Assembly: GCA_965203485.1 (NCBI GenBank)
Contig: OZ241892.1
Coordinates: forward strand, 1,632,001-1,696,000
DNA from: Longimicrobiales bacterium
Lineage (GTDB): Bacteria > Gemmatimonadota > Gemmatimonadetes > Longimicrobiales > Gaopeijiaceae
Length of the DNA stretch: 64,000 nucleotides
Direction of reading: 5' to 3'
Shown here: positions 18,628-30,231 of the stretch, piece by piece
Numbering within the stretch: position 1 is the first letter of the stretch
Layout: the number at the start of each line of letters is the position of its first letter
Translations under genes and position numbers: made by a program
Notes under the pieces: model-generated
What the model was told of the DNA's origin: nothing
Seen by the model: only the letters and a program-made list of their open reading frames with translations
Databases searched by the model: none

Positions 18628-19674
18628 CTAACCCGCCTCGACGCCCCGTTGGCCTTCCAGCGGGCCGTCTCGAGACGAGGAGCCCAGGGCTTCGCGCGCC
18701 CGGGCCACGTCTTGGCGCATCCGGACCGCCAGCGCCGCCGCGGACGGGAAGTCGGCCACGGGACGCAGGCGCTTGGCCAGCTCCACGCGGAGGCGTCGTC
18801 CGTAGATGTCGCCCTCGAAGTCGAGCAGGTGTATCTCGACGGAGTCGCCGGCGCCCGCGAAGACGGGGCGGGGGCCGACGTGCAGCGCGCCCATCAGGCT
18901 GGGACCGTCCGCGCCCGAACCCGGCGGCGACGCTCCGGCCACCGCCGCCCAGCACGCGTACACGCCGGGCGCGGGGACCAGCTTGTGCTCTCCCGCGATG
19001 CGGAGGTTGGCGGTGGGAAAACCGAGCGTCCTGCCCCGCCCGTGCCCCCGCTCCACGACGCCCTCGATGGAATAGAGCCGACCCAACCCCCGGTTCGCGT
19101 CGTCCAAGCGGCCATCCGCGAGCGCGCCCCGGATCGAGGACGACGACACGGGACGGCCGCCGGCCTCGAGCGCGGTCACGACATCCAGGCGAAAACCGGC
19201 CTCGTCCGCGATCGCGCGCAACGTGTCCGCATCGCCCGAACGCCCCCTGCCGAAGCCGTGGTTGTAGCCGATCACGAGTTCGCTCGCGCCCAGGCCCGCC
19301 AGCAGGACCTCGTGCACGAAGCGTCGCGGCGAGTAGTTGCGCAACTGCGGCGTGAACGGCAGGAAGACCGCGTAGTCGATGCCGCTCTCCGCGAGGATGG
19401 CCTTCTTCTCGTCCACCGTCGTAAGCAGGTCGGGCGCGGCCTCCGGGCGCACGACGCGCAGCGGATGCGGCTCGAACGTCACGAGCACGCTGGCGCCGCC
19501 GCGGGCACGGGCGCGGGCACGTATCTCGGCGAGCACGCGCCAATGGCCCCGGTGGACGCCGTCGAACGTGCCGACCGTGACCACGACGGGGCCGTCGCCG
19601 AACGGCAGGTCCGGGCGCGGCCGGCCGGGTCGGGGCGCCGCGGGCGCGGGCGCGGACCGGAGGGCGTCAGGCAC
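18628..19674 (-). CDS. ribF: Bifunctional riboflavin kinase/FAD synthetase
   Basis: GTFDGVHRGH, TFEPHP, VSSSSIR, GRTLGFPTAN. Confidence 0.95.
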   Translation of the reverse strand: MPDALRSAPAPAAPRPGRPRPDLPFGDGPVVVTVGTFDGVHRGHWRVLAEIRARARARGGASVLVTFEPHPLRVVRPEAAPDLLTTVDEKKAILAESGIDYAVFLPFTPQLRNYSPRRFVHEVLLAGLGASELVIGYNHGFGRGRSGDADTLRAIADEAGFRLDVVTALEAGGRPVSSSSIRGALADGRLDDANRGLGRLYSIEGVVERGHGRGRTLGFPTANLRIAGEHKLVPAPGVYACWAAVAGASPPGSGADGPSLMGALHVGPRPVFAGAGDSVEIHLLDFEGDIYGRRLRVELAKRLRPVADFPSAAALAVRMRQDVARAREALGSSSRDGPLEGQRGVEAG

Positions 19675-20560
19675 GGGCGAAGACCTTCTTCGGGCGAAGG
19701 ATGCCTTCGCTCACGCTGCAGACGGCGACCAGCTCGCCCGTCTTCGAGAACGCCGCGGCCGCGCCGGCGTCCGGGACCACGGCGCCGGCATCGCAGTCGG
19801 CGGCGGGAATTCGCCTGCCGCGCGCCAGCGCGGCGCAGGCCTCCGCGCCGACCCGGATCCGGGGCAAGTGGGCGAGCGCGTCGGCCAGCGGCACGCGCGC
19901 CGACGCCGGCGGCTTCCCGCGGCGAAGCGAGTCCAGCGAGGCCGCGCCGCGCACGCCGAAGCTCCCCGCGCTGGTGCGGCGCAGGGCCGCAAGGTGGCAT
20001 GCAGTGCCCAGACGCGCGCCGAGCTCGACGGCGAGCGAGCGCACGTAGGTCCCGCTGGAGCAGGACACTCGGAAGCGGACCTCCGGCAACGCGACGCCGA
20101 GCAAGTCCAAGGCGTGGACCGTGCAGGGGCGCGGCGCCAAGCGCACTTCTTCGCCCCGCCGGACCAGCCGGTGGGCCGCCGTTCCCCCGACCTTGACCGC
20201 CGAGAAGACGGGCGGCGGCAACCGGAGGGACCCCACCAAGCCGCGCGCCGCGGACTCGACGTCGGCGTTCGTCAGCGAAGTCCACCGCTCGTCCTCGGCC
20301 ACGAGGCGTCCTTCGGGGTCCTGTGTGTCCGTGGCCTGCCCAAGCCGAGCCGTGGCTTCGTATTCCTTGTCCAGGCCGGACAAGTATTCCAGGAGGCGCG
20401 TCCACCGCCCCAGGCCCAGAAGCAGCAGGCCGGTCGCGAACGGATCGAGCGTGCCCGCATGGCCGGCCTTGGACACGCGCAAGCCTCGCCGGGCGGCCGC
20501 CACCACGTCGTGCGAAGTGGGACCCGCGGGCTTGTCCGCCAGGAGAACGCATTCCGTCAT
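19667..20560 (-). CDS. truB: tRNA pseudouridine(55) synthase
   Basis: DKPAGPTSHDVV, GHAGTLDPFATG, CSSGTYVRSLA. Confidence 0.95.
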   Translation of the reverse strand: MTECVLLADKPAGPTSHDVVAAARRGLRVSKAGHAGTLDPFATGLLLLGLGRWTRLLEYLSGLDKEYEATARLGQATDTQDPEGRLVAEDERWTSLTNADVESAARGLVGSLRLPPPVFSAVKVGGTAAHRLVRRGEEVRLAPRPCTVHALDLLGVALPEVRFRVSCSSGTYVRSLAVELGARLGTACHLAALRRTSAGSFGVRGAASLDSLRRGKPPASARVPLADALAHLPRIRVGAEACAALARGRRIPAADCDAGAVVPDAGAAAAFSKTGELVAVCSVSEGILRPKKVFARA

Positions 20561-20928
20561 GCGTCCTTCTCCCCTCCGGCGGGACCGGCCGGCAGCACGT
20601 CGGCCAGGATCGACTCGACTCGCCGCCCCGCCGCGGCCGAGTCGTCGCGCAGGAAGCGCAACTCCGGCATCCGCCGGACATGCAGCCCGGCGCCGATCCG
20701 CGAGCGCAGGAACGGCGCGGCCCGGCGCAGTCCCGCCAGGGTGCGATCCTGGGCGTCGGGCGAGCCGTGCAGCTCCACGTGCACGCGCGCCACCCAAAGG
20801 TCCTCGGTGACGTCCACGCCGGTCACCACGTGCGGGCCGACCCGCGGGTCTTGGACGCGCGCACGGATGGCGCTCGAGATCTCGCGGCGCAACTGCTCGC
20901 CCAGCCGGGCGCGGCGGCGGCCCGGCAT
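20557..20928 (-). CDS. rbfA: Ribosome-binding factor A
   Basis: RREIS...DPRV...VTGVDVTEDL...RRMPELRF; canonical position. Confidence 0.92.
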   Translation of the reverse strand: MPGRRRARLGEQLRREISSAIRARVQDPRVGPHVVTGVDVTEDLWVARVHVELHGSPDAQDRTLAGLRRAAPFLRSRIGAGLHVRRMPELRFLRDDSAAAGRRVESILADVLPAGPAGGEKDA

Positions 20929-21218
20929 CACCAGCGGTCGGTGGAGCAACCCACGACGCGCACGCCTCTCGAGTCCGCCATCTCGCGGTCGACGGCGGCC
21001 AGCACGGCGTCCGCCTGAGCGTTGTGCGCGGCCAGAAACGCCACCGAGACCCTGGCCCGGTCGCGCGCCTCCTGCAGGCCGCACTCGGCCACGGAGACGT
21101 TCATGGCCGCCAATCGGTCCTTCAACGAGCGCAACGCCGAACGCTTCCGCTTGAGCGAGCGGGACCCGGGGATCTCGAGCTCCCAGGTGCCGACGGTGAC
21201 AATCGCGCGTCCGGCCAT
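20928..21218 (-). CDS. DUF503 (YlxP-like) protein
   Basis: SRSLKRKRSALRSLKDRL...NVSVAE; between infB and rbfA. Confidence 0.85.
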   Translation of the reverse strand: MAGRAIVTVGTWELEIPGSRSLKRKRSALRSLKDRLAAMNVSVAECGLQEARDRARVSVAFLAAHNAQADAVLAAVDREMADSRGVRVVGCSTDRW

Positions 21219-21319
21219 TCAGCTTCCGGGCTGGCCGCGCCGGGCGCATCGCGGCGCGACGGCCTTTCCGGGCCCTACGGCGGCTTCAGGGCGGCGGTCG
21301 GAACGCCGGCGAGCGGCGC

Positions 21320-23913
<2,594 letters not shown>

Positions 23914-23914
<1 letters not shown>

Positions 23915-25266
23915 TACGTCGCCTCCTTGGCCTCCGCCGCGGGTTCGCTGGACGCGGATGCCGCAGCCTCGGAATCGACCACCGTCAGGTCCTCGATCAG
24001 CGACAGAAGGGCCGTTGCGGCTTCCTCGGTGACGCCCTCCACGGCCAGCAAGTCGGCCCGATCCAGGTCGATGATGTCCAGGAAGCTGCTGTAGCCGGCC
24101 TCTTCCAGAGCCGCCAGCGTCGTCTTGTCGACCGAGAGCTCGCTCAGCGGGAAGTCGGCGGTCTCGTACGCGGTTTCCTCGGTCTCGTCGTCGAAGATGG
24201 ACATGTCGGCCCCGCGCTCCATCCAGTCGCGCGATCCGAACAGGTCGATCTGCCAGCCGATCAGCTGCGACGCCAAGCGGACGTTCTGCCCGTTGCGCCC
24301 GATCGCAAGCGACAGCTGGTCTTCGTCCACGATCGCGGTGACGACTTGGCTTTCGCGGTCCGAGACCACCTTGGCCACTCGCGCCGGCGCCAGCGCCCGC
24401 CGGGCGAAGACCTCCGGCTCGGGATGCCACGGCACGATATCTATCCGCTCCCCTCCGAGCTCGGACACGACCGCCTGCACGCGCGAGCCCCGCAGGCCGA
24501 CGCAGGCCCCGACCGGATCGATCGAGTCGTCGCGGCTGTGGACCGCGATCTTGGTCCGGCCTCCCACCTCGCGCGCCAGCTCCTTGATCTCCACGATGCC
24601 CTGGTATATCTCGGGCACCTCGAGCTTGAACAGCGCGGCGACGAAGAGCGGGTCCGCCCTGGAGAAGACCAGCCGCGGCCCCTTGGACGTCTCCTCCACC
24701 TTCTTGAGCACTGCCCGGATCGACTCGCCCTGGCGGAACCGCTCTCGGTAGTTCTGCTCCTTCCACGGGATGACCGCCTCGGCCTCGCGCGAGCGGTTCA
24801 GCAGGAGAACCAGCTTGCCGCGCTCGATCTGCTGAACCTCGCCCGACAGCAGCTCGCCCACGCGCCCGCTGTACTCGTCGCGGATGCGCTGGCGCTCGCC
24901 TTCCCGCACCAGCTGCACGATGCGTTGCCGGGCCGCCATGACGGCGTTGCGTCCGAACGACGAGAACTCGACGGGGAGCTCCATGACGTCTCCCGTCTCG
25001 TACGTCGGATCGTCCCAGCGCGCCTCCTCCAGGGACACTTCCGTGGCCTTGTCGTCGACCGAATCGACGACCCGCTTGAGCACCACTATGTCGATGTCGC
25101 CCGCCACGTCGTCGACGGTGATCTCGGCGTCCACGGTCGGCCCGTGGATGCGGGCCAGCCCGGCCAGAATCCCTTCTCGGATGAGCTCGTTGACTTCCTC
25201 GGGCTCCAGGCCCTTGGCGGCAGCCACGTCCCTGAGCGCGGCGATCACGCGCCCCGTGTCCATCAT
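23914..25266 (-). CDS. nusA: Transcription termination/antitermination factor NusA
   Basis: [45 protein letters not shown]; stop overlaps infB start (TAATG). Confidence 0.96.
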
Positions 25267-25325
25267 CGCCTCCCCGCGGGGGCGTGCCGAACCGGCGCCC
25301 AGAACCCCGTCCGATCTTCGTTCAT
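25263..25325 (-). other. 20-codon mini-ORF ([20 protein letters not shown]) where rimP is expected; possible rimP remnant or leader peptide
   Basis: GGAGAG upstream of ATG 25325; its TGA overlaps the nusA ATG (ATGA). Confidence 0.4.
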
Positions 25326-25350
25326 CCGGCTCTCCGCCCGTCGCAGGGAC

Positions 25351-25381
25351 AAAAAAAGCGGGGGCGGACCCGCTCCCCCAC
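25351..25381 (-). terminator. Intrinsic terminator/attenuator in the leader of the nusA-infB operon
   Basis: Minus strand GTGGGGG-AGCGGGTCCG-CCCCCGC-TTTTTTT, preceded by a second hairpin (25389-25418) and a TATATT -10 box (25430-25435). Confidence 0.75.
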
Positions 25382-25534
25382 TTCGGCCAGGGAGCGACAT
25401 GGCCGGCCGCCGCTCCCTCCACAGCTCCGAATATAGTGCCGCCGCCGGAGGGGAGCGACCCCAGCCGCCTCCGCTCGATTGGCCGGGCGCCACGGGCGCC
25501 ACGGGCGGCGCGCGCGCGTCGTGCTCCGCTTCGG

Positions 25535-26371
25535 TCACCTTCGCTGGACCGCTCGGCCCCGAGACAGCAGCGATCCGACGACGCCGAACCCGCCCGTCAC
25601 GTTCTGCACCGGATGGACGTCGTGCAGGGCGCCTTCGTGACCCGTCGTAAGGAATGCATGCAGGTGTCGTTCCACGGCCACGACCTCGAGAACAGCGTTC
25701 GGACCCGCCGCGTCGACGCTGCTTCGCGGCACGGAGCCGTCGTACTGCGTGCCGTCGATGTCGGCGTACCATGCGCGCTCGCAGGTGAGGCAAGTCGGGT
25801 CAAAGAGCCTTCTGATGCCCATGAAGTACCGGTGGGCGGCGGCGCTGGCCGTCCACTCGGCGGACAGCGACCGCGAGGCCAAGGCAGCCCGCACGACCTC
25901 GAAGTCGCCGACAACTTGGGTCTCGCCCCGGGCCGGCGAGCGTCCATCGGCCGTGACCTCGACGCGGTACGAAGCGCCCGCCTGCAAGCGAGCTTCGGGC
26001 TTGAAGCAATAGGCGCCGCGATCGGACAGGTTGACGAAGAGGGGCACGACCGTCATCAGTTCGCAGTCCTCTTGGTACGGATCTTGCCAATGGCCCACCG
26101 ACGCCCATTCGGGAGCGGAGGCGCCTTCTACGCGCTGGTGGATCGTCAGCTCGACGCCGGACAGATCCGGCCGGGCGACTCCGTCCGCGGCCGCGACCAG
26201 GACGTGGTGCCTCGACGTGTCCGGGAGCAACAGCGCGTAGACGATGAGTTGATCGCTCAGCGGGTCGGTCGGCCGCCGAGGCGCGGCCAGTTCGCCGCAG
26301 GCCCCGAGGCAGACCGCAACGACGGCCGCCCATGCGAAGCGGGGCCTGGGAACGACGCTGTTCTGGGACAT
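25535..26371 (-). CDS. Lipoprotein, DUF4249-like TonB-receptor partner
   Basis: Lipobox LGAC; C-terminal NVTGGFGVVGS resembles DUF4249 ends; directly downstream of the receptor. Confidence 0.6.
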   Translation of the reverse strand: MSQNSVVPRPRFAWAAVVAVCLGACGELAAPRRPTDPLSDQLIVYALLLPDTSRHHVLVAAADGVARPDLSGVELTIHQRVEGASAPEWASVGHWQDPYQEDCELMTVVPLFVNLSDRGAYCFKPEARLQAGASYRVEVTADGRSPARGETQVVGDFEVVRAALASRSLSAEWTASAAAHRYFMGIRRLFDPTCLTCERAWYADIDGTQYDGSVPRSSVDAAGPNAVLEVVAVERHLHAFLTTGHEGALHDVHPVQNVTGGFGVVGSLLSRGRAVQRR

Positions 26372-26389
26372 TGATCGAAGCCCTTGGAG

Positions 26390-28699
26390 CTAGAACCGAA
26401 AGTCGATTCCTATGGTGGGCAGCACCGGAAGTTGCCGGATGCGCTCGAAGAAGAAGTCGCCGTCGCCCTCGTCCGGAAACTCCGTCAAGCCGGCAAACCG
26501 GTAGCCCAAGACGTTCCTGCGGTTGGCCAAGTTGACGACGGACAGATAGGGAGTCAATTCCCACGATCCCCAGCGAAACCCGCGCCGCGCGGCCAAGTCG
26601 AGGCGCGCATAGGTAGGCAACCTTGCCTGCACGTCAGACCAAATCGTGTACAAGTCGTCCGTCCACAACTGCACGCCTCCCCCGTCCTTCTCCGAATTGA
26701 CCAGGTCGATTCGCAGCGCTCCGTACTTGCCGGCCGGATACCAGAACGGCGTGCCGGTTCCCACGGTGGCGCGCAGAGAAAGCTCCACGCCGCCGGGCGC
26801 GAGCGCCACGGCCACGCCGTCCAGCTCGTGGCGCCGGTCCCACTGCGGACGGTACTCGGAACCCTCCGCGTCCGTGAACGCCGAACGCGCCCACTGATAC
26901 GATATCCATCCCCGTACCCGGCCGGAATGCCTCTGCACCATGACTTCCAAGCCGCGGGCCGCGCCGTCATGGAACTCCAGGCCCACTGCGTCCCGCGACT
27001 TGCTCGGGCGCCAATGCGGAGCGTCGGCAAACCGTCGCGTCCAACCCGCGACCGATGCGGTCCAACTCGCTCCGCGCCACAGATCCAGCGACACGCTGGC
27101 GCCGTCCGCGACCGACAAGGGCTGGTCGGCGCCGTGCACGAACCACATGGGCGCGCCGGGCTCCATGGCGTACGCGTCCCGGAACACGGAGAGGAACTGG
27201 TAGGTCCGGTCCACGCTGCCGCTCAAGGCGAATCCCGCCGTTTCGAGCCGCACTGAAAAGCGAGGCTCGACGAAGCTGCGCATGCTCTCGCGCTCGGTGC
27301 CGGCGCGCAGCCCAGGCGCGAACCGGAGCGGGCCAAGCCATCCCTCGATTTCGGCGAACGCCGACGCGTGGAGGTAGGAACGAGAGATCTCGCCGTCCAC
27401 GTATCCGCCGACGCCCGACGTCTCCAGGTCCGCTGGGCCGCCTTGGACGGCGACGCCCACGCGGGCGCCCTTCCGCTCGGCCCTGAAGGTCCACTCCGTG
27501 CGCAGTCCCAAGGCCGAGACAAGGTTGTCCGTCACGGGACTGCCCGGCGTGCCTCCCGTGCTGCGGGAACCCTTGTAGCGACTGTAGTACGCGGTCACCT
27601 CTCCGCTGGCACGGGCGTCGCGGACCCAGGACCACGTCGCGGAAGACGCCAAGTTGGTCCAATTCGAGCCGAACGAAGCGTCGTCGAGCCTCTGCGACAC
27701 CAAGTCCCAGGCAAACTCGTCGCGCGAGGCGAACACGGACAGGCGCAACCTGTGGTCTTCGGCCGGATGCATCGCCAGCGCGAAGTTCACGTCGCTGAAG
27801 GAGTACGGGACGTTGATCCGCGCCACGTCGGCCGACGCCACGCGGCCTGCGGCAAGCCAATGAAGCGAGCCCTCGGCCAGAGCGCCGTCGGCGGCGACGC
27901 GCAAGCCCAGGAGGCTGAGCCCGCCTTGCACTCGGGCGCCCTCGGTTCCGCCCGTTCGCTGGTGCGCGGACACGACGCCGGAAAGCGCCCCGCCGTAGCG
28001 CGCCGGAAGCGAACCGCGGTAGAACTCGGTCGATTCCACGGCGTCGGCATTGAAGGCGCCGAACAGGCCGAACATGTGGTAGGGCGCAAAGACGGGTGCG
28101 CCGTCGATCAGGACCGCCACTTGATCGCCGCCGCCGCCGCGCACGAACAGTTCGCCCGAATAGTCGTTTACGCTCGTCACGCCGGCGAACGCTTGCAAGC
28201 TGCGCACGAGGTCGGGCTCGGCCACTGGCGGCACCGCCTTGATCTCGGCGCGGGTCACGCCCAGCGCACCGACAGCGAGTTCGCGCTTGAAGAGAAGATG
28301 GTGCAGTTCGCGTGAAGTCGTTCTGCGTTCCGCCGCAATCGTCAGCGGAGCCAATGCGATGGCGGTCCGCTGAAGACGAAGCTCCACCACGCCCCCGTTC
28401 GCGGGAACGACGACCAGCGTGTCCAAGTCCGCGTAGCCCAGTCGGCTCGCCACCACGCGGACCTCGCCGCCGGCCCCCTGGCCCGGCGCCAGTCCGCCGG
28501 CGCCGGTGACCCTGGTCGCGCCGGTCTCGGGGAAGGCGACGAGCACGCCCTCCAGCGGGTTGCCCGTGGGATCGTCCAAGGCCCGAACGGCCCAGGCCCC
28601 CGGAGCGGGGACCTGGGCCAACGACGCGTGCGGCCGCGCGAGAACTCCCAGCGTCGCAACGAGCAGCGCCGCGGCCGATGCCGCGCGGGTCGCAGTCAC
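26390..28699 (-). CDS. TonB-dependent outer-membrane receptor-like protein
   Basis: Signal peptide, N-terminal beta-sandwich, plug motifs (EPDLVRSLQAFAGV, VRGG, LIDG, PARYGGALSGVV), barrel ending in terminal Phe (DFRF). Confidence 0.85.
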   Translation of the reverse strand: MTATRAASAAALLVATLGVLARPHASLAQVPAPGAWAVRALDDPTGNPLEGVLVAFPETGATRVTGAGGLAPGQGAGGEVRVVASRLGYADLDTLVVVPANGGVVELRLQRTAIALAPLTIAAERRTTSRELHHLLFKRELAVGALGVTRAEIKAVPPVAEPDLVRSLQAFAGVTSVNDYSGELFVRGGGGDQVAVLIDGAPVFAPYHMFGLFGAFNADAVESTEFYRGSLPARYGGALSGVVSAHQRTGGTEGARVQGGLSLLGLRVAADGALAEGSLHWLAAGRVASADVARINVPYSFSDVNFALAMHPAEDHRLRLSVFASRDEFAWDLVSQRLDDASFGSNWTNLASSATWSWVRDARASGEVTAYYSRYKGSRSTGGTPGSPVTDNLVSALGLRTEWTFRAERKGARVGVAVQGGPADLETSGVGGYVDGEISRSYLHASAFAEIEGWLGPLRFAPGLRAGTERESMRSFVEPRFSVRLETAGFALSGSVDRTYQFLSVFRDAYAMEPGAPMWFVHGADQPLSVADGASVSLDLWRGASWTASVAGWTRRFADAPHWRPSKSRDAVGLEFHDGAARGLEVMVQRHSGRVRGWISYQWARSAFTDAEGSEYRPQWDRRHELDGVAVALAPGGVELSLRATVGTGTPFWYPAGKYGALRIDLVNSEKDGGGVQLWTDDLYTIWSDVQARLPTYARLDLAARRGFRWGSWELTPYLSVVNLANRRNVLGYRFAGLTEFPDEGDGDFFFERIRQLPVLPTIGIDFRF

Positions 28700-28709
28700 G
28701 AGTCCACCG

Positions 28710-29843
28710 CTACCAGCTCAGCCCCACGATCATCCACCAGCTCAGGTACAAGATCGGGCTGGAGTCGTGTCCGAATGCGGCAGATCCCAGGAAGTCGTCC
28801 CGGCCCCAATCGGTCTCATGGGCCTCGACGTGGAAAACAGCCCCCTGTGGCTTGGGGGACACTGGAAGCAGTTGGAACATCGCTCCCCGCCAGTTCCTCG
28901 GGCTATACCATCTGCGCTCTCGGATGCCGGTGCGCCTCATCTTCCCTTGCACCCGATTGCCGTCGTGATTCGTGTACCAGACGACGATTTCGACCTCTTC
29001 GGACCCCCACTCGGTCGAATGGCGCAGCAGAAACTTGTCGAGCAGTGTTGGAGAGTACGCGACCGACGGGTCCACAGAGGTCCGATGCCGCCCCACTTCC
29101 GTGTCGGCAGACGTGGACGGCCCGCCCATCGCTTGCCCAAGCGCAACTTTCAGCGCTTCGTCCGAGTCGTACAGCCCGTAGTCCACCGACACCGGCGGCT
29201 TGCCCTCCTCCTCGTAGGTCCACACGACCGCGTGCTCGCCGTCGCCAGGGTCCTGAATCACCGGGCCCGGACCCTCCGGCTGGCGGCCGATCCGCGTGCC
29301 CCAGCTCTCCTGCGGCCGGATCAGGAAGAAGGCGTCGTAGCCCTCGAGCGCCTCCACCGTCCCGGCCTTCCGCTTGCCGCCGCCGGGCTCGTGCACGACG
29401 AATCCCAGCGCGTCCGAGTCCCACGCGCCAGCGACGCCGACGTCGGCGGAGCCGCGCCAGTTGAGCCGGTGCTCGCGCAGAGGAACGGCGATGACCACTT
29501 CAGCCACCTGCCGGAGCCTGTCCACGCGCGCCAGCAACTCGCCGCCGCCGCCGCCGAACGCCTGCGAGGCTCCGGCCAGCAAGCCGGCGCCCTCGGGGCT
29601 GCGCAGGTAGTCGGCCAGGATCAGCCGGTGCTCGACGGCGCGCGACGCGCGCATCGCCGCCAGGATGCTCCGGCGGGCGGCGGGCTCGGCCAGCCCCTTC
29701 GAGACGGCCTGGGCCAGCTCGGGGAGGTCGGCGTCCGCCAGCGTGGGCTCGGCCGGGTCGTACGGAGCGACGGGGCGCGCGGCCTCGTCGCAGGCCGCCG
29801 CCAGCACGGCGGCCGCGAGAATGCTCAGCTTCGCGTACTTCAT
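28710..29843 (-). CDS. Lipoprotein of unknown function (377 aa) with C2-like acidic motif near the C-terminus
   Basis: RBS AAGGAG, signal MKYAKLSILAAAVLAAAC; C-terminal VEAHETDWGRDDFLGSA. Confidence 0.75.
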   Translation of the reverse strand: MKYAKLSILAAAVLAAACDEAARPVAPYDPAEPTLADADLPELAQAVSKGLAEPAARRSILAAMRASRAVEHRLILADYLRSPEGAGLLAGASQAFGGGGGELLARVDRLRQVAEVVIAVPLREHRLNWRGSADVGVAGAWDSDALGFVVHEPGGGKRKAGTVEALEGYDAFFLIRPQESWGTRIGRQPEGPGPVIQDPGDGEHAVVWTYEEEGKPPVSVDYGLYDSDEALKVALGQAMGGPSTSADTEVGRHRTSVDPSVAYSPTLLDKFLLRHSTEWGSEEVEIVVWYTNHDGNRVQGKMRRTGIRERRWYSPRNWRGAMFQLLPVSPKPQGAVFHVEAHETDWGRDDFLGSAAFGHDSSPILYLSWWMIVGLSW

Positions 29844-29880
29844 GTTGCTGCTCTCCTTGGATTGATCGATGGATTGCCGC

Positions 29881-29957
29881 ACGGGCGGAGCCGAGAGATT
29901 CCCCGGCGCAATCTCCGCCCGTACCCCCTGCTACACCAGAGCCCGCGAGAAAGTTCC
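29881..29957 (-). promoter_or_regulatory. ECF-sigma-like promoter and 5' UTR hairpin
   Basis: Minus strand GGAAC-N16-GTGTAG; perfect 10-bp inverted repeat ACGGGCGGAG/CTCCGCCCGT at 29881-29922. Confidence 0.45.
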
Positions 29958-30231
29958 CGCGCGGCCCGCGCGCCGGTGCTCTGGAGGCGCCGATCCCCGC
30001 GGAAGGAGCCGCGCATCGCAGCGGGCGGGCGGCCCCCACGGCGTGCAACCAACTCCGCGCACGACCACGGGATGACGAAGCCGGCCAACTTCTGGGGCGA
30101 GAGGCCGAACCCGACGCATCGTCGTGGACGGCGCGGACGACATCCGCGCGCACCCGGCCGCTTCCCGCGCGGGTCGCGGCGCCGCGCCACCGGGGCGAGG
30201 CGCCGCCCGCCCGCTCAACGCCTCGGGGCGC

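Noticed and set aside
14550..19355. 1601-aa plus-strand ORF
   Set aside because: Antisense shadow of the M16 peptidase, pnp, rpsO and ribF; no motifs; expected at this GC content
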